From: Gemmatimonadaceae bacterium
GTDB lineage: Bacteria; Gemmatimonadota; Gemmatimonadetes; Gemmatimonadales; Gemmatimonadaceae
Direction of reading: 5' to 3'
DNA length: 64,000 bases
NCBI GenBank assembly: GCA_044224875.1
Contig: JBGAJQ010000009.1
Span: 1 to 64,000, forward strand
Positions within the stretch are counted from its first letter, which is position 1. Each line of letters begins with the position of its first letter. The position numbers were made by a program, and so were the translations under genes. Under the pieces are notes generated by a model. The model searched no databases, was not told where the DNA came from, and saw nothing but the letters and a program-made list of their open reading frames with translations. Below, in pieces: positions 57,378 to 64,000 of this stretch.

Positions 57378-59504
57378 TTGGGCACCGTGCACGCGCAGAC
57401 CCGCGCCAGCACACGTGTCACCTGGACGTCTGAGTCGATGCACCTGGACGGTCACCTGGACGAACGCGTCTGGAGCCTTGCCGACTCCATCATCGATCTG
57501 CGCCAAGTGGATCCTGACGAGGGCACGCCGGGTTCCGAGCGAACGGTCGTGCGGTTCGTCGCGTCAACGGAGGGGCTATGGGTGGGTGCGTGGCTGTACG
57601 ACCGCGAGCCCTCGCGAATCGTCCATGCGCAGCTGCGACGCGATGGCGATATCGACGGGGACGACCTGTTCATCGTGGGGATCGACTCACGTCGAGACAA
57701 TCGCTCCGGCTTCCTGTTTGGCGTGAACCCAAACGGTACCGTCGCTGACGCCGAGATCTTGTCGTTCGAATCTGAAAACACGGAATGGAACGGGGTCTGG
57801 GACGCTCGCGCCCGAATCACAGGCGAGGGATGGGTGGCCGAGATGTTCATTCCGTGGCAGACGTTGCGCTACGCTGGCGACGCGACCGCCTTCCATGTCA
57901 ACGTTGGCCGGCGAATCCCGCACAAGAACGAGGAGATCCTGTGGCAAGCCTGGCGCCGGACAGAGGGCATCAATTTCCTGGAGCGCTACGGCGTGCTGGA
58001 CGGACTGCGCGACCTGCCGGGCCGCGCGGTCGCCGAACTGCGTCCATTCGTGACGGCAACGTCGAAGCTGACGGAGCGCACCTTTGCTGCGGACGGAACG
58101 CCCACGGTCCTTTCGGCGAGCGAGACCCACGCCGACGCCGGACTGGATGCCAAGTTCGGCGTGGCAAACACCCTGACGCTGGATGCCACCTATCGAACAG
58201 ACTTCGCACAGGCCGAGGTGGATCGGCAGGTGGTGAACCTGACGCGCTTTCCGCTGTTCTTTCCGGAAACACGCGCCTTCTTCCTCGAAGGATCGGGGAT
58301 CTTCGAGTTTGGCCGTCTCCGGCAGACGCAACTCTTCGACAGCCGGCGGATTGGCCTCGACGGCAATGGGGCATCCGTTCCGATTCTTGGTGGGGCTCGG
58401 CTCACGGGACGGATCGCGTCCGAACAGGTCGGGCTGCTGGCGATCCGCACCGGAGGGAACGAGGACGCGACCGATGTCGTGGCGCGCGTGAAGCACGATG
58501 TGCTCGGGCGAGGATTCGTTGGGGCGATGGCCACACTGCAGGACCGGCCGAATAGCCGACGATCGCTGGCCGGAGGCGTCGACTTCAACCTGCCGTACAT
58601 TGTCCGCGGCCAGAACCTCGTGCTCCTGGGGACGGTCGCCATGGATGAACGATCGGACACGACGGGTCACGCCACGTACGGTCGGTTCGTGCTGGACTAC
58701 CCGAATGATGCGGCAGACATCGTGATGCGGTACGATGTCGTGGGACGTGGCTTCAATCCGGCGTTGGGATTCGTGGAGCAGTCCGGCGTTTCGCGTTTCG
58801 CGGGGCAGATCGAGTTGACACCTCGTCCGCGCCGACTGGGCATCCGGAAGCTCAGTTTCGTCCTGCCCTCCTGGAACTGGGTGCGTTACACCGATGGCTC
58901 GCTCAGCAACGCGTCACTGGAGATACGGCCGTTCGGCGCTGACTTCGAGAATGGGGCGTCGGTGGAGCTGAACTGGCAGCGTTCGTGGGATGTGCCGCGC
59001 GAAGCGTTTGAGCTGTTTCCAGGGACGGAGATCGCCGCTGGGCGGTATTCATGGAGTCGTGTCGAGCTCCAGCTCGAGTCGTCGCCGGCGCGCACGTTGC
59101 GTGCCGAGGTGACGGCGAGCGTTGGTGAGTTCTACGAGCGGACTGGGGACGCAGTGGAATTCGGCCTCTTTGCGAGGGCACAACCCCACCTTCTCATCGG
59201 CGTTGAGGGCGAGTGGAAGCGAATTCGCGGCGGTGGATTCGACACCTTCTCGGCCAGGGTCGGTCGAGTGCGGTTGGACTACGCCATGAATCCACGGGTA
59301 AGTGCGACGTTCTTCGGCCAGTACGACAACGAGTCAGAGCGGCTGGCCTTCAATGCTCGCGTGCGGTGGAACCGGTCACCGGGAAGTGACGCGTACCTTG
59401 TCTGGAACTCGGCGTGGACAACGGAGCTGGACAGCGGAGTGCCATGGCGAACGCCGACGCGTGGTGCGCTCATCGCCAAGTACGTGCACTACCTCCGCCG
59501 GTAA
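57378..59504 (+). CDS. CBM9-like / DUF5916 outer-membrane protein
   Basis: LDGHLDE...W, TDFAQAEVD, LFFPETRAFFLE and a beta-barrel-like C-terminus; the true start is probably slightly upstream. Confidence 0.85.
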   Translation: MGTVHAQTRASTRVTWTSESMHLDGHLDERVWSLADSIIDLRQVDPDEGTPGSERTVVRFVASTEGLWVGAWLYDREPSRIVHAQLRRDGDIDGDDLFIVGIDSRRDNRSGFLFGVNPNGTVADAEILSFESENTEWNGVWDARARITGEGWVAEMFIPWQTLRYAGDATAFHVNVGRRIPHKNEEILWQAWRRTEGINFLERYGVLDGLRDLPGRAVAELRPFVTATSKLTERTFAADGTPTVLSASETHADAGLDAKFGVANTLTLDATYRTDFAQAEVDRQVVNLTRFPLFFPETRAFFLEGSGIFEFGRLRQTQLFDSRRIGLDGNGASVPILGGARLTGRIASEQVGLLAIRTGGNEDATDVVARVKHDVLGRGFVGAMATLQDRPNSRRSLAGGVDFNLPYIVRGQNLVLLGTVAMDERSDTTGHATYGRFVLDYPNDAADIVMRYDVVGRGFNPALGFVEQSGVSRFAGQIELTPRPRRLGIRKLSFVLPSWNWVRYTDGSLSNASLEIRPFGADFENGASVELNWQRSWDVPREAFELFPGTEIAAGRYSWSRVELQLESSPARTLRAEVTASVGEFYERTGDAVEFGLFARAQPHLLIGVEGEWKRIRGGGFDTFSARVGRVRLDYAMNPRVSATFFGQYDNESERLAFNARVRWNRSPGSDAYLVWNSAWTTELDSGVPWRTPTRGALIAKYVHYLRR

Positions 59505-59524
59505 CCGACAGTCCGTGCGTTAGG

Positions 59525-60817
59525 CTAGAAGACGCCGAGACCCGGCTCGGGTTCGCTGGAGTAGCCGACCGCGACGACACCGGTGGGGGATACGGCACGG
59601 ACCGGCCGTCTCGCTCCCTTGGCCTCATACATCGCCCGGTCGGCGGCCTGAATGGCTTCGTCCAACGTGTCACGCGAGTCATACGGTGCGCAGCCGTAGC
59701 TCACGCGCACCGGGAGGAGGATGCCCGCGTAGGACAGTGTTGCACCTGCGGCAAGTGCGCGGTCCATGATGCTCCGCGCGCTGACTTCGTCCGCTCCAGG
59801 GAGAATGACGAGAAATTCGTCGCCCCCCCATCGATACAGTGCGTCATCCGCGCGCAGGACGTTGGACACGGATTGCGACACGTGGCGAAGCAGGGAATCG
59901 CCCGCCGTGTGACCGAGGGAATCGTTGATGGGCTTCAGGTGATCGACGTCGATGATGGACACGATGCCGTTCACCTTCATGGCGGCCTCGAGTCCCATCC
60001 CCTCGGAGAAGGCCTGACGGTTGAGCGCCCCAGTGAGCGGATCGTACATCGCCGCGCGTCGCAACGCAGCATGCGCCTCTTGCAGGCGCGCGTGCGCATC
60101 GCGCGACTCCTGCGTGGTGCGTTCCATCAACACGGTTACCATCGCATACGCCATCAGCGTCTGCAGGATCGCGTCGAAGTACGAGTTGAAACGCGGGATC
60201 CAGGAGAGCCACGCCTTGAACAGATCGAGTGCTGTGAGGCTGAACGTTGCGCCATAGGCAGCCCATAAGACGGCGTGTGCGCCAAAGGCTACGGCGAGGA
60301 GCGCCGTGCCCGTCGAACGGCGGTGCGGTGGGGCGCCCAGTAGCGTGAACGCGCTGATCGTAAAGGCGGGCACCGCCAGCGCGCTCTGTACAATCATTAT
60401 GCCGTTGAGCGGTGTGACCGTCGCTACTGCAACTGTTGCAACGGTCAGTGCGGCGAGGCCGACTTGCGATGTTGAGGGCACCTTGGCATCCGGCGTACGA
60501 AGCAGGCGCGTTCCCGCGACCAGAAGCGCCAGAAACCAGAGCTTGCCCGTCGCATACGTCAGATACAGCAAGCGGACGGCGACGTCGCGGTCGGGGCGCC
60601 GCCAGAGGTTGAGCCCGTCGCCGAGTTGGGAGTAGCGCAGCGAGACGGCGGCGATCGCGACCGCGAGCACCAGCCAGGCGTTGGTCCAGTAGCGAAAGTG
60701 TGTGGCGGCGCGCTGTTCGGCGGACAGCAACAACATGAGCAGCAGGATGAGCACGATGCTCCCCAGCTGCGTCAGGGCTCCGGCGAGCCCGAGTGCGACG
60801 ATGGTGTCCGCTGACAT
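59525..60817 (-). CDS. Membrane diguanylate cyclase
   Basis: About 7 TM segments; DPLTG, DVDHLKPIND and RWGGDEF. Confidence 0.93.
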   Translation of the reverse strand: MSADTIVALGLAGALTQLGSIVLILLLMLLLSAEQRAATHFRYWTNAWLVLAVAIAAVSLRYSQLGDGLNLWRRPDRDVAVRLLYLTYATGKLWFLALLVAGTRLLRTPDAKVPSTSQVGLAALTVATVAVATVTPLNGIMIVQSALAVPAFTISAFTLLGAPPHRRSTGTALLAVAFGAHAVLWAAYGATFSLTALDLFKAWLSWIPRFNSYFDAILQTLMAYAMVTVLMERTTQESRDAHARLQEAHAALRRAAMYDPLTGALNRQAFSEGMGLEAAMKVNGIVSIIDVDHLKPINDSLGHTAGDSLLRHVSQSVSNVLRADDALYRWGGDEFLVILPGADEVSARSIMDRALAAGATLSYAGILLPVRVSYGCAPYDSRDTLDEAIQAADRAMYEAKGARRPVRAVSPTGVVAVGYSSEPEPGLGVF

Positions 60818-61175
60818 TTAAGTAGTTGTGGGGCCGAGACGTTGGCGACCGTCCACGCGCCCAGAACGATGACGAGTGCACCAATTGCGCCGTCACACGG
60901 TTCCCCCCCCGGGCCGTGGTGATCCCGCGGGTGAACCGGGCGGCCTCGCGCACGGCCGCGGGGTGGTGCCCGAAGGTGGGGTGACGTCGGACCCGGGCAG
61001 CGCTGCCGTGGCGGTGCTTCACGCGGCACACCGGCGCATGTGGCAGTGGCCCGTGCGATTCGGAGGGATGCGATGCCGAGGTGTCATGTGGGGGCGACGA
61101 CACGTGATGTCGACGTGCGAATTGCTGCGGCCCCGTTCCGCACGAGTTGCGCCTTCGTCACGAAACCAGGACGTA

Positions 61176-61193
61176 TGCAAGTACGTACTTGCA
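61176..61193. promoter_or_regulatory. Putative TetR operator
   Basis: Perfect 18-bp palindrome TGCAAGTACGTACTTGCA just upstream of tetR. Confidence 0.75.
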
Positions 61194-61227
61194 CGCCATG
61201 ACGCGTCCGACTACTCATTCGAGCCCT

Positions 61228-61848
61228 ATGATCAGCCGCGAAAAACTTCTTGAAGCTGCTGCGCGCGTCTACGCGGAAGCGGGATTCCGCGGTTCCACGA
61301 CGCGACGGATTGCGGAAGAGGCCGGAGTGAACGAGGTCACGATCTTCCGGCTCTTCGGTTCCAAGGGAGCGTTGCTGGAGGAGGCGATTCGGCATTTCGC
61401 ACCCAGCAGTACGGCCGCCCTGCTGCCGAATGTCCCCGTGGATCCGCAGTCGGAGCTGACGGCTTGGGCGACCGTGCAGCTCAATTTCCTGCGACGCCAT
61501 GGCGGCATGATCCGTAAGGCCATGGCCGAAGTGGAGGAAATGCCCGAGATGGGAACCCAGACGTGTGAAGGCTGTATGCGCGGACACACGCAGTTGCGCC
61601 GATACGCCCGCAAGCTGGCCGAGCGGTGGGGGCACGCGCGCGACGTGGACATCGAAGCGGCCGTCGCCATGCTCCTCGGTGCCATTCTCTCCGATGCCAT
61701 CGCGCGCGACGTCATTCCGGCGGGCTTCCCGCCGGCGAACAAGGCTGCAGCCGCCTATGTCCGCGTCTTCCTGCGCGCCATGGGTGCGCCCGCCATCGGC
61801 AGCACGCCGCGGCGCCGGACCGCCACCCGCCTGACGGCACGAGCCTAA
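61228..61848 (+). CDS. TetR/AcrR family regulator
   Basis: REKLLEAA...STTRRIAEEAGVNEVTIFRLFGSK; ATG 61198 is an alternative start. Confidence 0.93.
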   Translation: MISREKLLEAAARVYAEAGFRGSTTRRIAEEAGVNEVTIFRLFGSKGALLEEAIRHFAPSSTAALLPNVPVDPQSELTAWATVQLNFLRRHGGMIRKAMAEVEEMPEMGTQTCEGCMRGHTQLRRYARKLAERWGHARDVDIEAAVAMLLGAILSDAIARDVIPAGFPPANKAAAAYVRVFLRAMGAPAIGSTPRRRTATRLTARA

Positions 61849-61866
61849 CGAACCCAAGGGGACTCC

Positions 61867-63540
61867 ATGAACCACATATTCTCGCGCTTCACTCTTTCTG
61901 CCGCCGTGCTGGCCATAGCGCCAGCCACGCCCTTGAGTGCGCAGGGCGGCCGTTCGCTCACTTTGGACGAAGCACTGCGCATTGCCAGCGCGCAAAGCGA
62001 GGCCGTACGCATCGCGCAGGCCGGCGTGCTGCGAGCCCAAGGGTTGCAGGTGCAGGCCCGCTCTCAGTACCTGCCGCAAATCTCGGGGACGGCCACCTAT
62101 ACGCGCACGCTCAAGTCGCAATTCGAAGCGCTACGCTCGTCCGCGCCGACGCCCCCGCCCACGGTACCGCCGGTACCGCCGCACGACACCACCACCTACT
62201 ACACCCCCTGCACGCGATACCTCGCCGGCGGCAGCGCCACGGAGACGGAGAAGATTCAGGGGCTGGAGCGGTTCGCCGCGTGCTCGGCATCGGGAAGCGG
62301 TGGGATCGACTTCTCCAAGGTTGGCTTTGGATCAGCGAACCAGTATTCGTTAGGCCTGACCGGATCACTCACCGTGTACAGCGGTGGACGCGTGCAGGCC
62401 CAGAATCGGGCGGCAGAAGCGGGACGTCGCTCGGCGGACGTCGAGGTCGCGTCCCAACGCGCCAAGCTCGCCCTGGACGTGACTGAGTCGTACTTCGACG
62501 CGGTGCTCGCCGATCGGTTGGTGGCGATCGCCGAGTCCTCGCTCACACAGACAGAAAGCGTGCTGAAGCAGACCCAGATCGCCCGACAGGTCGGGAATCA
62601 GTCGGAGTTCGACCTGCTGCGCGCCCAGGTGTCCCGGGACAACCAGATGCCGCAGGTGATCAATGCGCGCACGAGCCGTGACTTGGCGTACCTGAAGCTG
62701 AAGCAGCTGCTGAACATATCCTATGCAGAACCTGTGAGTCTGACTACCACGCTGGCCGATGACAAGTCATTGGTGAGTCTGACGGCGAGCGAACTTCAGC
62801 CGGCCACCGCCAGCCCAGACACCTCGGTGGACAACCGGGCACCGGTGCGTCAGGTGATCGAGGCCATGCGGGTGGAGGAGGCGAACCTCGCCGGCGCCAA
62901 GTCCGAGTGGTTGCCAACGATCACGCTGTCGTCGCAATACGGACGCGTGGCGTTCCCTTCGAGTGGGGCGCCCAGCTGGTCGAACTTCCTGACCAACTGG
63001 ACGGTCGCCATCGGCGCCTCGCTGCCCCTGTTCACGGGAGGACGGACGAGGGGAGAGAAGATGGTGGCCGAAGCCGGGCTGCGTGATGCCCAGGCGCGGG
63101 TCGACCAGACCCGAGAGCTCGCGGCGCTGGATGCCCGGCAGGCCATCGCGCAGCTCGAACAGTCGCAGGCGGCCCTGTCGTCGTCCATGGGCACGGCGGA
63201 GCAAGCGGCGAAGGCATACACCATCGCGGAAGTGCGGTACCGCGAGGGGATCTCCACGCAGATCGAGTTGAACGATGCCCGCATCCTGTTGGAGCAGGCA
63301 TCGGCGAACCGCGCCTCAGCCGTTCGAAACCTCCAGGTTTCGCGAATGCGTTTGGCGCTCCTGAAGGACCTGCCGCTCGGTGTGGGCGGGGTGCAGGTGC
63401 AATCGCTCGGTGGTGCGGCCGCGGCCGCGGCAACGAGCGGGAACGGCTTTGGTGGCAGTATTGCGCCGAACGGCAGTGGCACACGGAGCGCGTCGCAGCG
63501 CGCCGCGGCGGCAGCTGCAACATCGACTATCCCCCAATAG
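61867..63540 (+). CDS. TolC family outer-membrane efflux protein
   Basis: Signal peptide, LTLDEAL, LPLFTGG and RYREGISTQIEL. Confidence 0.9.
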   Translation: MNHIFSRFTLSAAVLAIAPATPLSAQGGRSLTLDEALRIASAQSEAVRIAQAGVLRAQGLQVQARSQYLPQISGTATYTRTLKSQFEALRSSAPTPPPTVPPVPPHDTTTYYTPCTRYLAGGSATETEKIQGLERFAACSASGSGGIDFSKVGFGSANQYSLGLTGSLTVYSGGRVQAQNRAAEAGRRSADVEVASQRAKLALDVTESYFDAVLADRLVAIAESSLTQTESVLKQTQIARQVGNQSEFDLLRAQVSRDNQMPQVINARTSRDLAYLKLKQLLNISYAEPVSLTTTLADDKSLVSLTASELQPATASPDTSVDNRAPVRQVIEAMRVEEANLAGAKSEWLPTITLSSQYGRVAFPSSGAPSWSNFLTNWTVAIGASLPLFTGGRTRGEKMVAEAGLRDAQARVDQTRELAALDARQAIAQLEQSQAALSSSMGTAEQAAKAYTIAEVRYREGISTQIELNDARILLEQASANRASAVRNLQVSRMRLALLKDLPLGVGGVQVQSLGGAAAAAATSGNGFGGSIAPNGSGTRSASQRAAAAAATSTIPQ

Positions 63541-63599
63541 CGCCGACGATGCCCATCTTGACGCAATTCCTACACGAAGACACTCGGGAGACTTCCTCC

Positions 63600-64000
63600 A
63601 TGTCAGGTTTCTATCGCTTTGCTCGACTGCTCCTGCCGGCGTTGGCGGTCGCCGCATTCACGGGATGCGGGGACTCATCGTCGGACGCGCGCGCGGAGAG
63701 TACATCACCCGCGGCCGCGGTCGGCCCGGAGAATGTGGTCACCGTGGGGTCGGCCGAGTTGTGGAGCGGGCCCACGATTTCCGGGTCCATTCAACCGGAG
63801 CGCGACGCGACCTTGCGTGCCCAGCTCGGTGGGCCGGTCCTCGCCGTGCTGGTGGACCAGGGCACGCCCGTGCGATCGGGTCAGGTGCTGGCGCGCGTGG
63901 ACGATCGGTCGGTCCGCGACGCCTTCCTGTCGGCTCGGTCGGCCTTTACGACGGTCGAGAACGCCGCCCAGCTTGCGGCCCGTGAGCTACAACGTGCCGA
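63600..64000 (+). CDS. RND efflux periplasmic adaptor (partial)
   Basis: Manual translation: MSGFYRFARLLLPALAVAAFTGC...ISGSIQPERDATLRAQLGGPV...DQGTPVRSGQVLARVD. Not in the ORF track. Confidence 0.88.
   Translation, partial: MSGFYRFARLLLPALAVAAFTGCGDSSSDARAESTSPAAAVGPENVVTVGSAELWSGPTISGSIQPERDATLRAQLGGPVLAVLVDQGTPVRSGQVLARVDDRSVRDAFLSARSAFTTVENAAQLAARELQRA

Noticed and set aside
60895..61070. 6S RNA, SRP RNA or c-di-GMP riboswitch call
   Set aside because: Diagnostic motifs and spacing could not be matched by eye; kept only as an unassigned candidate.

Overview
A GC-rich bacterial chromosome window. The gene families and protein styles suggest Gemmatimonadota (inference). Bases 1-15072 are the right part of a genomic island integrated at tRNA-Asn. 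Its cargo is a HupE/UreJ gene, a czcCBA-type RND pump preceded by a His-rich leader ending in RGPP, a large serine recombinase plus DUF3631-like ATPase module bounded by GGGGAC repeats, AraC, XRE and RuvC-like genes, and a tyrosine integrase beside a 3'-half tRNA att site. The rest looks like host chromosome: an amidase; an ECF sigma / anti-sigma / exported CHAT protease / PKD lipoprotein cluster; sulfide:quinone oxidoreductase with an uncalled 56-aa ORF; a Fic gene; a two-component system and CopD; a BlaI / M56-HEAT / HEAT operon in which both HEAT proteins end in WPWPWPRPRPxP; a DUF4331 pair; a Ser/Thr kinase; a multicopper oxidase; sixA and CHAD-CYTH; a PatA/PimA/PimB'-like glycolipid cluster; a broken P450; amidohydrolases; a GGDEF protein; and a TetR-TolC-RND operon. 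The octamer CGTTAGGC recurs at least 21 times across the window. No CRISPR array, rRNA or intact tRNA was seen. All family calls come from motif recognition by eye, not from database searches.
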